Assembly (NCBI GenBank): GCA_963793265.1 | Contig: CAWBZI010000001.1 | Span: 992,001-1,056,000, forward strand | Length of the DNA: 64,000 bases | Source: an uncultured cyanobacterium | GTDB taxonomy: Bacteria > Cyanobacteriota > Cyanobacteriia > Phormidesmidales > Phormidesmidaceae | Reading direction: 5' to 3' | Shown here: piece by piece, positions 19,972-30,104 of the stretch | How positions within the stretch are numbered: the stretch's first letter is position 1 | Layout of the letters: each line of letters begins with the position of its first letter | Made by a program: the position numbers and the translations under genes | The notes under the pieces: generated by a model | Seen by the model: only the letters and a program-made list of their open reading frames with translations | Database searches by the model: none | Told to the model about the DNA's origin: nothing

Positions 19972-22900
19972 ATGCCTAACACTTCTACTTCCAATGCCCA
20001 AACCGTAGGCCAGTGGCAGTTTTGGATCGACCGTGGCGGCACCTTTACCGATATTGTTGCGCAGCGCCCAGACGGATCTACCGTCGTTCACAAGCTGCTA
20101 TCTGAGAATCCTGAGCACTATGATGATGCACCGATTCAAGGAATTCGTGAGCTGTTAGAAGTAGAAGAAGGCGCGCCGATTCCTGCTGAGAAGATTTCGG
20201 TGGTGAAGATGGGAACAACGGTGGCGACAAATGCTTTGTTGGAGCGGAAGGGCGATCGCACCCTATTCATCACCACTAAAGGCTTCCGCGATGGTCTGCG
20301 CATTGGCTATCAAAACCGTCCTGATATCTTCGCTAGAGAGATTGTTCTACCTGAGATGCTTTATGAAAAAGTGATTGAGGTAGATGAGCGTGTGACCTCA
20401 GAAGGGGAAGTGCTTCAGGCGATTACGGCTGACGTTGAAAAGCAGGTTCGAGGAGATTTACAGGCTGCTTATGATGAAGGGATTCGGGCTTGTGCGATCG
20501 CCTTCATTCACGGCTACCGCTACCCCACTCACGAGCAACAGATCGCTGCCATAGCCCAGCAAATCGGCTTCACCCAAATCTCCGTATCCCACAAAGTTAG
20601 CCCGCTCATCAAATGGGTCAGTCGAGGCGACACAACCGTAGTAGACGCCTATCTTTCTCCCTTACTGCGGCGCTATGTTAATCGAATTGAACAGTCGCTC
20701 GGCGCAAACACAGCCCAGCCTCAGCTATTATTTATGCAGTCCAATGGCGGCCTTACCCCGGCTCAGTTTTTCCAGGGCAAAGATAGCATTCTTTCAGGCC
20801 CGGCAGGCGGTATTGTCGGCGCGGTTCAAACCAGCCGCATTGCAGGCTACAACAAAATTATCACCTTCGATATGGGCGGCACGTCTACCGATGTTGCTCA
20901 CTTCAATGGAGAGAATGATGGGACGTATGAGCGCGTTTTTGAAACAGAAGTTGCGGGCGTGCGGATGCGGGCTCCGATGATGGCGATTCATACGGTGGCG
21001 GCAGGTGGCGGTTCTGTATTGGGTTTTGATGGCGATCGCTTGCAAGTCGGCCCCGAATCAGCAGGCGCACACCCCGGCCCTACCTGCTATCGCAACAATG
21101 GCCCGCTCACGGTCACAGACTGCAACGTAATGGTCGGTAAAATTCAGCCGCAGTTTTTCCCTCAAGTGTTTGGGGCTCAAGGCGATCAGGCTTTAGATCG
21201 TGAAGGTGTGCAGATTAAGTTTACTGAACTAGCTGAGCAAATTAAGGCTTCGACAGGGGTGGAGAATTCGCCAGAGCAGGTGGCTGAGGGATTTTTAGCG
21301 ATCGCTATCGACAACATGGCAAACGCCATCAAAAAAATCTCCGTTCAAAAGGGCTATGACGTAGGCGACTATACACTTTGTTGCTTCGGTGCAGCGGGCG
21401 GACAACACGCCTGCCGTTTAGCTGAGAGTTTGGGTATGAAAACAATTCTCATTCATCCCTACGCAGGCGTACTGTCTGCGTATGGCATGGGCTTAGCAGA
21501 TAGACGTGTGCTCAAAGAGAGATCGATAGAAGCTGATATTGAAACGGATTTAACAAAACCGCTAGATGGCTTAGTAAGCGAGGCCACCGCAGAACTAGAA
21601 AAGCAAGGGAATCGTGATATTGATGCTATAGGGGTTTTGCGGCAGGTACATTTACGCTATCAGGGAACAGATTCTACTTTGGCAGTAGAGTTTGCTTCTC
21701 CAGCAACAATGCGGCAGCAGTTTGAGCAGCGCTATCAGCAGCAGTATGGCATCACGTTAGCTGATAAGGGTCTAGTGGTCGCAACAATTACAGCAGAAGT
21801 TGTGGGTAAAACAAAAGCGCCTGATGAGACTGTTCTAGCGACCAGTGAAATCAATTCAAAAGCCCCAACAGAGATTGCTCACGTACCGCTATTCTCAGCA
21901 AATGAATGGCACAATACACCCGTATTTCAGCGGCAGGCGTTACAGGCCGGACAGAAGATTGTTGGCCCTGCAATTGTGTTAGAGGCGACCGGGACTAATA
22001 TCGTTGAGCCAGGGTGGGAAGTAGCGGTAACCGAGCGCGGCGATTTGGTTTTGACTCAGATTTCTCAAGTGTCGTATGAGGCGCAACAGATTTCTGATGA
22101 GGGCAAGCCCGATCCAGTGCGGCTAGAGATTTTCAATAATTTGTTTCAGGCGATCGCAGAACAAATGGGCTTCACGCTCCAAAACACCAGCTCATCCGTC
22201 AACATCAAAGAACGCCTGGACTTCTCCTGCGCCATCTTTAACGGTCAAGGTCAGCTCGTCGCCAATGCACCCCACATTCCTGTCCATCTCGGCTCCATGG
22301 GCGAAAGCGTTCAAGCGCTGATTGCCGATCAGCAAAAGCCTTTCCAGCCAGGAGACGTGTTTATCTCCAACAATCCATACAACGGTGGCACACACCTACC
22401 AGATATTACAGCGATCACGCCTGTGTTCTCCGATAGCGACAAGCCACTGTTCTTTGTCGCTTCGCGAGGTCACCATGCCGATATTGGCGGTATTACGCCA
22501 GGGTCTATGCCGCCAAATAGTACGACGTTGGAGCAGGAAGGGGTTTTGTTGGATAACTTTTTGCTGGTAGAGCGCGGCGTGTTAGATGAGGATGGGTTGC
22601 GCGATTGTCTCACCACTGCCACCTATCCCGCCCGTAATCCTGACCAAAACCTGGCCGACCTCCAGGCCCAAATCGCTGCCAACAACAAAGGCGCTCAAGA
22701 ACTTCAGCGCATGGTCGCTCAATACGGTCTGCAAACCGTACAAGCCTACATGCAGCACGTACAAAACAACGCCGAACAAGCCGTCCGCAATGTCATCAGC
22801 CAGCTAGTCATCAGCCAGCTAGCCGCCCAGCACACACACACCACACACCTCACCGTCCCCATGGACTGCGGCGCACAAATAAAAGTCTCCATCACCCTAA

Positions 22901-23715
22901 ATCCCACCGACAACAGCGCTCTCATCGACTTCACCGGCACCTCACCCCAACAGTCCAACAACTTCAACGCCCCCCTCGCCGTCTGCAAAGCCGCCGTCCT
23001 CTATGTCTTCCGCACCCTCGTAGACGCCCCCATCCCCCTCAACGCCGGATGCCTCAAACCGCTAGACATCCGCGTCCCCACCCGCTCCATGCTCAACCCC
23101 ACCTATCCCGCCGCTGTCGTCGCGGGCAATGTCGAAACCTCCCAAGCCGTCACCGACGCTCTCTACGGAGCCCTCGGCATCCTCGCCGCCTCCCAAGGCA
23201 CCATGAACAACTTCACCTTCGGCAACGGCCAGTATCAATACTACGAAACCATCTGCGGCGGCTCGGGCGCTGGCAATGGCTTCCATGGTACGGATGCTGT
23301 GCAAACCCATATGACCAACTCTCGGCTCACCGATCCTGAGGTACTAGAGTTACGTTTTCCGGTATTGCTAAAAGAGTTTTCAATCCGACCAAACAGCGGC
23401 GGTAGTGGTCAATATCACGGCGGGAACGGTGTCGTTCGGCACCTTGTCTTCCACGAGACGATGACGGCTAATCTGCTATCAGGGCGGCGTAGCACTGAGC
23501 CCTTTGGTTTGTCAGGTGGAAAAGCTGGAAGACCAGGCAAAGCGGACGTTTGCCGTAAAGATGGCTCTGTTATGAAACTCTCAGCAACGGCCACCGTTGA
23601 GATGCAGCCGGGCGATGAGATTGTGATTGAAACGCCCGGCGGGGGTGGTTACGAATCCTTCAAGAATGCTTCAACATCGGCGGCAGTAGGCATCGAAGAC
23701 TGTGCGCCTGATTGA
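19972..23715 (+). CDS. 5-oxoprolinase (fused hydantoinase A/B type)
   Basis: IDRGGTFTD, FDMGGTSTDV, NIKERLDFSCA, HIPVHLGSM, TPGGGGY. Confidence 0.95.
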   Translation: MPNTSTSNAQTVGQWQFWIDRGGTFTDIVAQRPDGSTVVHKLLSENPEHYDDAPIQGIRELLEVEEGAPIPAEKISVVKMGTTVATNALLERKGDRTLFITTKGFRDGLRIGYQNRPDIFAREIVLPEMLYEKVIEVDERVTSEGEVLQAITADVEKQVRGDLQAAYDEGIRACAIAFIHGYRYPTHEQQIAAIAQQIGFTQISVSHKVSPLIKWVSRGDTTVVDAYLSPLLRRYVNRIEQSLGANTAQPQLLFMQSNGGLTPAQFFQGKDSILSGPAGGIVGAVQTSRIAGYNKIITFDMGGTSTDVAHFNGENDGTYERVFETEVAGVRMRAPMMAIHTVAAGGGSVLGFDGDRLQVGPESAGAHPGPTCYRNNGPLTVTDCNVMVGKIQPQFFPQVFGAQGDQALDREGVQIKFTELAEQIKASTGVENSPEQVAEGFLAIAIDNMANAIKKISVQKGYDVGDYTLCCFGAAGGQHACRLAESLGMKTILIHPYAGVLSAYGMGLADRRVLKERSIEADIETDLTKPLDGLVSEATAELEKQGNRDIDAIGVLRQVHLRYQGTDSTLAVEFASPATMRQQFEQRYQQQYGITLADKGLVVATITAEVVGKTKAPDETVLATSEINSKAPTEIAHVPLFSANEWHNTPVFQRQALQAGQKIVGPAIVLEATGTNIVEPGWEVAVTERGDLVLTQISQVSYEAQQISDEGKPDPVRLEIFNNLFQAIAEQMGFTLQNTSSSVNIKERLDFSCAIFNGQGQLVANAPHIPVHLGSMGESVQALIADQQKPFQPGDVFISNNPYNGGTHLPDITAITPVFSDSDKPLFFVASRGHHADIGGITPGSMPPNSTTLEQEGVLLDNFLLVERGVLDEDGLRDCLTTATYPARNPDQNLADLQAQIAANNKGAQELQRMVAQYGLQTVQAYMQHVQNNAEQAVRNVISQLVISQLAAQHTHTTHLTVPMDCGAQIKVSITLNPTDNSALIDFTGTSPQQSNNFNAPLAVCKAAVLYVFRTLVDAPIPLNAGCLKPLDIRVPTRSMLNPTYPAAVVAGNVETSQAVTDALYGALGILAASQGTMNNFTFGNGQYQYYETICGGSGAGNGFHGTDAVQTHMTNSRLTDPEVLELRFPVLLKEFSIRPNSGGSGQYHGGNGVVRHLVFHETMTANLLSGRRSTEPFGLSGGKAGRPGKADVCRKDGSVMKLSATATVEMQPGDEIVIETPGGGGYESFKNASTSAAVGIEDCAPD

Positions 23716-24626
23716 GTGACGGCTAGGGCCGCAACGGCGCTAGCGTAGTCAACAATAGGTCTGAGGAAGTCGTGACTAGACAGGTTAAGGGCGATATCAG
23801 CACGAGAAAAGCCGGTTTGGCAGAGGGCAGCGGCTAGGCCCCCATTAAAGGCGTCACCGGCTGCGATGGTGTCGGTGACTTCGACGGGAAAGGCTTGAGT
23901 GGCGAAGGTGCCGTTCTCTGTGGCGCAGATGCAGCCGAGTTCGCCCATTTTTACGATCACCACGGCTATGCCCCGGCGCTGAAGGGTTTCGGCAGCAGCG
24001 ATCGCACCCTTCACATCCAGCACATCCATCCCCGTAAGCTTCGCAGCCTCCGTCTGATTCGGCGTTAAAATCGAAATATACTCACAAAAATCTGCCGACA
24101 GCGATTCTTCCCAAGCGGGCACAGGAGCCGGATCAACAATCACCGTGAGGCCCGCTAAAGACGCTAGGGCGGCGGCTTTTTCAACAGTCGGCAGCGGAAT
24201 TTCAAACTGAAGTAGAAGCACCTGCGCCTGATTGAAATAGGGCGTGAGCCGGTCTAAATCTAGCTCGCTAATTTCGGCATTCGCGCCTGAGACAACAATA
24301 ATTTGATTATTCAGCGGTGAAAGGGTGATCAGGGCAGTGCCAGAAGGCGCTGTTTTGCTGGTGCCAAGTGCCGAGATAGTAATGTTTTCAGACTGGAGGC
24401 GATCGCGCAAAATCTTCCCAAAGCCATCATCCCCCACCCGGCCTACCATCGCCGTTTTCGCGCCCAAGCGAGCCGCCGCCACCGCCTGATTAGCACCCTT
24501 GCCGCCTGGCACCGTCGCAAAGCCTCTACCCGTCAGCGTTTCGCCCGGCTTTGGCAACCGATCTACCTGCGCCACCAAATCCATATTGACGCTGCCCAAC
24601 ACCACCACATCCACCGCATTCGCCAT
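23649..24626 (-). CDS. rbsK: Ribokinase (PfkB family)
   Basis: GSVNMD, PGGKGANQAVAAARLG, TPNQTEA, DTIAAGDAFNG. Confidence 0.9.
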   Translation of the reverse strand: MANAVDVVVLGSVNMDLVAQVDRLPKPGETLTGRGFATVPGGKGANQAVAAARLGAKTAMVGRVGDDGFGKILRDRLQSENITISALGTSKTAPSGTALITLSPLNNQIIVVSGANAEISELDLDRLTPYFNQAQVLLLQFEIPLPTVEKAAALASLAGLTVIVDPAPVPAWEESLSADFCEYISILTPNQTEAAKLTGMDVLDVKGAIAAAETLQRRGIAVVIVKMGELGCICATENGTFATQAFPVEVTDTIAAGDAFNGGLAAALCQTGFSRADIALNLSSHDFLRPIVDYASAVAALAVTQSGAQSSMPTAADVEAFLKDS

Positions 24627-24633
24627 CGGATCT

Positions 24634-24894
24634 TTAGTCCTCGCCTTCTTCTGACTTCTTATCCCAATCTACCGGCGGCCTATCCGAACTCCAGCCCCAC
24701 CACACCGTATTGCACTCACACTGATAGAACTCTTGCCACTTACGCTTACGCCCTTCACCAAACACAGGCGCGCGGCGGTTGAGCCATACGGCTTTGGCCT
24801 CCCGGCTACCTTCGCCACACTTAGGACAGCTAAACGGCTGAGCGTGTACGGCATCTTTTGTCCAGTCGGGCGGAAACTGTGCGAATGCATCCAT
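24634..24894 (-). CDS. Small Cys-rich hypothetical protein (CxxC...CxC)
   Basis: MDAFAQFPPDW..CPKC..WLNRRAPV..WQEFYQCEC; lies 7 bp upstream of rbsK. Confidence 0.75.
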   Translation of the reverse strand: MDAFAQFPPDWTKDAVHAQPFSCPKCGEGSREAKAVWLNRRAPVFGEGRKRKWQEFYQCECNTVWWGWSSDRPPVDWDKKSEEGED

Positions 24895-25045
24895 CGGGGC
24901 GATCGCTCCAGAAATAGCAGGAGGGTATAAACAGCTAGGCTCTATTATGGCGCGTCCTTGCTTGCCTGAACGAATGCGCCATCGGCTTACTATATAGTTA
25001 GGAATGGCGAAAGCCAAAGAAAACATTACGGATGGTATCTTTCCT

Positions 25046-26218
25046 GTGAAAGCCATAACCTTGCTCGGTTCTACGGGTTCTATCGGCACCCAAACACTCG
25101 ATATTGTCGAGTCGAATCCCGATAAGTTTAGGCTGGTCGGCATCGCGGCGGGCAGTAACGTCACGCTGCTGGCTGAGCAGGTGATGCAGTTTAAGCCTGA
25201 GATTGTCGCTATTTGCGATAAGAGCAAGGTAGATGAGCTGAAAAGTGCGATCGCTGCTCTCGATCCTCAGCCAGTCATCCTAGCAGGCGAAGAAGGCGTG
25301 GTAGAAGTGGCCCGCTATGGCGACGCTGAAGCCGTGGTCACTGGCATTGTCGGCTGCGCAGGTCTATTACCTACGCTCGCGGCCATTGAAGCCGGTAAGG
25401 ATATTGCCCTAGCTAATAAAGAAACGCTAATTGCAGGTGGCCCGGTCGTGCTGCCTTTAGCCGAAAAGCATGGCGTTAAGCTGCTGCCAGCCGACTCTGA
25501 GCACTCCGCTATTTTCCAATGTTTGCAGGGTGTCCCTAAAGCAGGGCTACGCCGCATTTTACTTACTGCTTCAGGTGGCGCTTTCCGCGATTGGCCGGTA
25601 GAAGACTTGCCCAAGGTCACCATGGCCGATGCGATTAAGCATCCTAACTGGTCAATGGGTCGCAAGATTACCGTGGACTCTGCGACTCTGATGAACAAGG
25701 GGCTAGAGGTGATTGAAGCGCACTATCTCTTTGGCATGGACTACGACAATATTGATATTGTCATTCACCCGCAGAGCATTATTCATTCGCTCATTGAGCT
25801 ACAAGACACCTCAATGCTCGCGCAGCTAGGCTGGCCCGACATGCGTTTGCCGTTGCTCTATGCCCTCTCCTGGCCCGAGCGAATTTACACCGACTGGGAG
25901 CCGTTAGATTTAGTAAAATCAGGCGATCTGACGTTCCGAGAGCCCAATCATAAAAAGTATCCCTGTATGGATTTGGCCTACGCGGCAGGCAGGGCGGGCG
26001 GCACGATGACGGCGGTGCTGAATGCGGCCAATGAGCAGGCGGTGGCTTTGTTTTTAGAAGAGAAGATTCATTATCTGGATATTCCCAAGGTGATCGAGAA
26101 GGTGTGCGATCGCCACAGAAATGATCTCAACACAGCGCCTGGCCTGGAAGATATCCTCGCGGTAGACCAGTGGGCGCGCACGGCCATTCTCGAACTCGGT
26201 GCCGCTGTTGCCTCCTAA
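25046..26218 (+). CDS. dxr: 1-deoxy-D-xylulose-5-phosphate reductoisomerase
   Basis: [47 protein letters not shown]. Confidence 0.98.
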   Translation: MKAITLLGSTGSIGTQTLDIVESNPDKFRLVGIAAGSNVTLLAEQVMQFKPEIVAICDKSKVDELKSAIAALDPQPVILAGEEGVVEVARYGDAEAVVTGIVGCAGLLPTLAAIEAGKDIALANKETLIAGGPVVLPLAEKHGVKLLPADSEHSAIFQCLQGVPKAGLRRILLTASGGAFRDWPVEDLPKVTMADAIKHPNWSMGRKITVDSATLMNKGLEVIEAHYLFGMDYDNIDIVIHPQSIIHSLIELQDTSMLAQLGWPDMRLPLLYALSWPERIYTDWEPLDLVKSGDLTFREPNHKKYPCMDLAYAAGRAGGTMTAVLNAANEQAVALFLEEKIHYLDIPKVIEKVCDRHRNDLNTAPGLEDILAVDQWARTAILELGAAVAS

Positions 26219-26362
26219 AATTGGTTGCGCCTAGTCGGTAATACTGAAGTTCAGGCAGTCAGGAACCGGCGATCGCGATGCTGATGTAAACTACATGCGC
26301 CTAGTTCATTCTCTATGTAGCCTGGGCGTGTGCTTAAGATTAAGGAGCTAGAGGAAAATAAA

Positions 26363-26575
26363 ATGGAGATAGCCCTAACGTTAGGAGCGGTAGCGATCGC
26401 TGCCATGATATTTTTCTGGCTAGTCGGCGTGGTCAAAACCACCCTCAAAACCGCCTTCTTAGTCATGTTCTTTTTGCTCGGCCTGTGGCTCGCCTTCGGC
26501 ATTGGCCCGACTGACGTATGGGAAACCATTCGCAACTGGCTCCCCGACTTTTTCTTTCCAAACAATAATGGTTGA
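26363..26575 (+). CDS. Small two-TM hypothetical protein
   Basis: Two hydrophobic segments; GAGGA RBS-like sequence upstream. Confidence 0.7.
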   Translation: MEIALTLGAVAIAAMIFFWLVGVVKTTLKTAFLVMFFLLGLWLAFGIGPTDVWETIRNWLPDFFFPNNNG

Positions 26576-26584
26576 TGGGATTAG

Positions 26585-28012
26585 ATGTCTGCTCGTAGCA
26601 CTGCCAAAGCTTCTGTAGAAGGGCTTGAAAAAGTTAAGCGGGCGATCGCACAAAAAGGCTGGCGCAAAACCAGTCCCGTCCTCTTAGACGCAGCCTGCGT
26701 TAGCGCAGCGACCATCAAACGCTTTTGGCGCGGTATTCCCGTCAGCCAAGAAAGCTTTCAATCTATCTGCCGAGCGGTGAACCTTAGCATCGCTGAGGTA
26801 ATCGAAGTCGAAGAAGCTGAGCTTGAAGAGACAAATGCTAACGCTTATAGCGGTCTTTGGGTGGGGCGCGAGGCATTGGTTAACAAACTCAGCGCTCAGC
26901 TTAGGGGCGACACCCGGTTACTGTCGATTGTGGGCATTGCTGGAATCGGTAAAACTGAACTGGCCCGCTACCTCGCAGGCAGCTTGACCGCAGAGGGCTA
27001 CAACTGCATACATCTCAACTGCGACTCAACCACGCCACCAACGCTGGCTTCTATTGCCCACGCCTTATTAAAGCAGAGCAATCAGCCAGGTCTTAATCTC
27101 AGCATTCCTCGCCTTATTGAGCACTTACAGCAGCACAAGTATCTGTTCATTATTGATGCTTTAGAGAGTTTGCTTTTAGACGATGTAGTCACAGGCTACA
27201 GTCGCTTCAAGAATCCTCTGTGGCGAGTATTTTTTCAGTCTATATTGGCCGCCGATAGCTGCTCCAGTCGGTTTATATTCACCTCTCAGAGTATTCCTAA
27301 TGAGTTAGAGACTTTAGGAGAAAGTTGGCTCGGGCGATCGCACACCCAAGTCATCACCGGTCTATCCCCTACCGCACAGCTCGATCTCTTTGCTCAGCTA
27401 GGGCTTTTCCCACTGCCTAACTCAGCAGAGCACGGCTACCTCACTCAAATTGGGCTCGCCTATGACGGACACCCTCTGGCACTAAAGGCGATCGCTCAAG
27501 ATATTACAACAGACTTTGGCAACAATATCGCCGCCTACTGGAACGAATGCCAGTCGCACATTGACTCGCAACGCACTGAACAAATCACGACGTTGCACAG
27601 TCATAGTCGCGCGCTCCGACGACGCCTCCAGCCAAAGCTCGAACGCAGCTTGCTTAGACTCTCAACCCATATCCCACTGGCCTACCGGCTACTCTATGCA
27701 GGCTGCGTAGTCGGTGAAAGCTCAAAGCTCAGCCATCAGTGGGTGCAAATAGCTCAACAGGTTTGTGCTGAGTATAAAACAGGTCTTTTGAAAACAGAGT
27801 CGCCAGCATTATTAGCAGAAGCAGGCGCTTTGATAGATGTGCTGAGCGATCGCGCCCTCCTCACGCCTACCGTCATAGACAATCGCCTCTATTTCAGTAC
27901 CCACCCGCTCATACGCAGTCTGCTGTTGTCTCGTAAGGCCATGGCTCAAGACGGCTCAGATAGCTCAGATCTCCGTATTCTCTCTGGCATTTCTGCTCCA
28001 CCTAAAGACTGA
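26585..28012 (+). CDS. HTH-fused NB-ARC/STAND ATPase without C-terminal repeats
   Basis: N-terminal VSAATIKRFWRG HTH; WVGRE; Walker A GIAGIGKT; Walker B LFIIDALE; GHPLAL; HPLIR. Confidence 0.85.
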   Translation: MSARSTAKASVEGLEKVKRAIAQKGWRKTSPVLLDAACVSAATIKRFWRGIPVSQESFQSICRAVNLSIAEVIEVEEAELEETNANAYSGLWVGREALVNKLSAQLRGDTRLLSIVGIAGIGKTELARYLAGSLTAEGYNCIHLNCDSTTPPTLASIAHALLKQSNQPGLNLSIPRLIEHLQQHKYLFIIDALESLLLDDVVTGYSRFKNPLWRVFFQSILAADSCSSRFIFTSQSIPNELETLGESWLGRSHTQVITGLSPTAQLDLFAQLGLFPLPNSAEHGYLTQIGLAYDGHPLALKAIAQDITTDFGNNIAAYWNECQSHIDSQRTEQITTLHSHSRALRRRLQPKLERSLLRLSTHIPLAYRLLYAGCVVGESSKLSHQWVQIAQQVCAEYKTGLLKTESPALLAEAGALIDVLSDRALLTPTVIDNRLYFSTHPLIRSLLLSRKAMAQDGSDSSDLRILSGISAPPKD

Positions 28013-28259
28013 GAAAAGGCTTACCTTCACAGACAAAAGAATCGCCAAAAGCCTTTTGCGAAGAGGGCTGAACCAAAGCCTATTGTCTTCCATTTTCTCC
28101 TTTATGAATATCTTCTTAACCGGCTCTTCAAGGCGCTTCTAAGGAGCCTTACTGAGATACGTACGGAGTGTAAAAACGAACATAAAATGAGCCAATTCGA
28201 GCGGTTCGTTGCGCCACATTAATAAGCGTAGACCCTACTCGATTTGCCAAAATACTTTT

Positions 28260-29048
28260 ATGAAAAAGCTAGTCACTAACCTAAGCATCGCCGCCCTGTC
28301 CACCGCCTCTTTTCTTGCGATCGCACCTAACGCACAAGCCGCAGAACTCAACCTCAGAGGCGACCTACTCAGCCGATTCTCTAGCTATGTTCAAACTGAA
28401 GGTGTAGCCTTCGACGATCCATCGCTCAATAGGCTAGACACGACTGACCTTTACTGGGACGGCGTAGACCCCGTAGAAGTCTTCTTTGTTGATGAGGGTG
28501 CTGGATTTCAGAACCAGCTTCTTTTCCGCACTAACGACAATCCGATGGAGATGATTTTTGATAACGTCTCTGGCAGCGGCAGCATTATGGATCAAGGCAA
28601 CGCTGCACTGGCGCTTGGCGAAGGTAGAGGGCTCGGTACATTTGATGGGCCAACTCAGCTTTCTTTCTTTATCAACGCTGACGGCAATCGCGGCGGCACC
28701 AACCTCTTCGGTGCTGATGAACTGACTGGCACCATGGTTGATGGCAGAGAAGTCAACAGCGATGGACTCTCTCACATGATTGCCTACAACTACTTTGACG
28801 AAGTAGAGCAAGAGAACTACACCATCATCGGGTTTGAAGATCTTTGGGGTGAGCAAGGTACACGCAACAGCGCCATGAATAATGGCTACAACTACAAAGT
28901 TGATAGCGACTACAACGACGTTGTATTTGCCGTGAAAGGTCTTTCTCAAAGCCCAGCGGCGGAGGTGCCTGAGCCTTCTATGCTCCTCGGCTTGATAGGC
29001 GTCGCTGCGCTGGGTGCTAAAGGCGCTAAGCGTAAGCTCGCTGTCTAG
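28260..29048 (+). CDS. PEP-CTERM exported protein (DUF4114-like domain)
   Basis: Signal peptide; IGFEDL..DSDYNDVVFAV; VPEPSMLLGLIGVAALGAKGAKRK. Confidence 0.9.
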   Translation: MKKLVTNLSIAALSTASFLAIAPNAQAAELNLRGDLLSRFSSYVQTEGVAFDDPSLNRLDTTDLYWDGVDPVEVFFVDEGAGFQNQLLFRTNDNPMEMIFDNVSGSGSIMDQGNAALALGEGRGLGTFDGPTQLSFFINADGNRGGTNLFGADELTGTMVDGREVNSDGLSHMIAYNYFDEVEQENYTIIGFEDLWGEQGTRNSAMNNGYNYKVDSDYNDVVFAVKGLSQSPAAEVPEPSMLLGLIGVAALGAKGAKRKLAV

Positions 29049-29061
29049 CTTTGGTCATACG

Positions 29062-29186
29062 TATCTGGCCAGGGTGCACTTGGCCAGATAGCGCTTGATG
29101 AGATTGTGTCTGCTCCTTTATGTGAATTCTTATCTTTTCGGCATTACTTGATTCGCCTTTCACGGCTATTAAGTAATGCCTTTTTT
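29062..29186 (+). terminator. Two hairpins after the PEP-CTERM gene; the second has a U-tract
   Basis: TATCTGGCCA..TGGCCAGATA; GGCATTACTT..AAGTAATGCC-TTTTTT. Confidence 0.65.
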
Positions 29187-29203
29187 ACTTTTTAAAGCCA
29201 TCT

Positions 29204-29920
29204 TCAACAGCGACCCGTTGGCTGATAGCTTTCCATTACCCGACCAAAGCAGCGCAGCAGCGCGTGGTAGCTAGCACTCACCGGATGATCCAAATCATCA
29301 AGAGAGTCGATCCCAATCCCGTTGCGTCCCTTGTCTTTTCCTGAGCTGTGGATGTAGCGCCCTCCGCCAAGGTAGAGGGCTACGTGAGTAGTGCGCTCTG
29401 GGGTGCCAAAGAAAACAAGATCGCCGGGCTGTAGGTCAGCTCTTTCAATGCGCTGGGTGAAGTCTTCTTGCTGGTATGAGTCGCGGGGAAGCTGGATGCC
29501 TGCGGAGGCGAAGGCCGACTGTACTAAACCTGAGCAGTCGTAGTTGGGTGCGCTGGTGCCGCCCCATAAGTATTCGTTGGGTACGGCCATGGCGGCTTTG
29601 GCAAATTCGATCACCTGCGGTAGGCGCGACTGAATATCTTGAGCGGTGAGTTTGGGCGCTTTGTATCGGGTTTCGGCGGCGGTAAGATAGTGGGTGCTGG
29701 TAGCGGGAATCCAGCCTAAGTAATCGTCTTTGCAGATACAGACGCGGATGGCGTGCTGATTCTTGGCGATTTCTAAGACGTGTAGATAGTGGTGGGTGTC
29801 GGCCTGGGTAACAAGGCCCTGGCAGGTAGGTGAGCTGTATAGGTTGATGGGGCGATCGCACTGATAAAACTGGGCTCTGCCCCGGTAAATATCGTCTTGC
29901 AAAGTTTCTAGCGTCACCAT
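29204..29920 (-). CDS. NlpC/P60 (C40) peptidase
   Basis: YLWGG..DCSGL..LPRDSYQQ..PGDLVFF..HVALY..IHSSG. Confidence 0.93.
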   Translation of the reverse strand: MVTLETLQDDIYRGRAQFYQCDRPINLYSSPTCQGLVTQADTHHYLHVLEIAKNQHAIRVCICKDDYLGWIPATSTHYLTAAETRYKAPKLTAQDIQSRLPQVIEFAKAAMAVPNEYLWGGTSAPNYDCSGLVQSAFASAGIQLPRDSYQQEDFTQRIERADLQPGDLVFFGTPERTTHVALYLGGGRYIHSSGKDKGRNGIGIDSLDDLDHPVSASYHALLRCFGRVMESYQPTGRC

Positions 29921-30104
29921 TTTTCCACGTCCTAATGCCCAATAGATGACCAACAGATACGTCACCATACCGCAAGAGCTTACGTGAACCAAGCCTTCAA
30001 AAATTAATTTTTCATAGCAATTTTGAGAGAAATTCTATTAAGTGCCCTATGAACGCACCCATAGAAACGGTAGGCTAATATACAGATTTTCTACTGTTTT
30101 CTTT

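Noticed and set aside
24634..25227. 197-aa ORF overlapping dxr on the antisense strand
   Set aside because: Only the last 86 codons, from ATG 24894, look like a real protein; the rest is antisense to dxr
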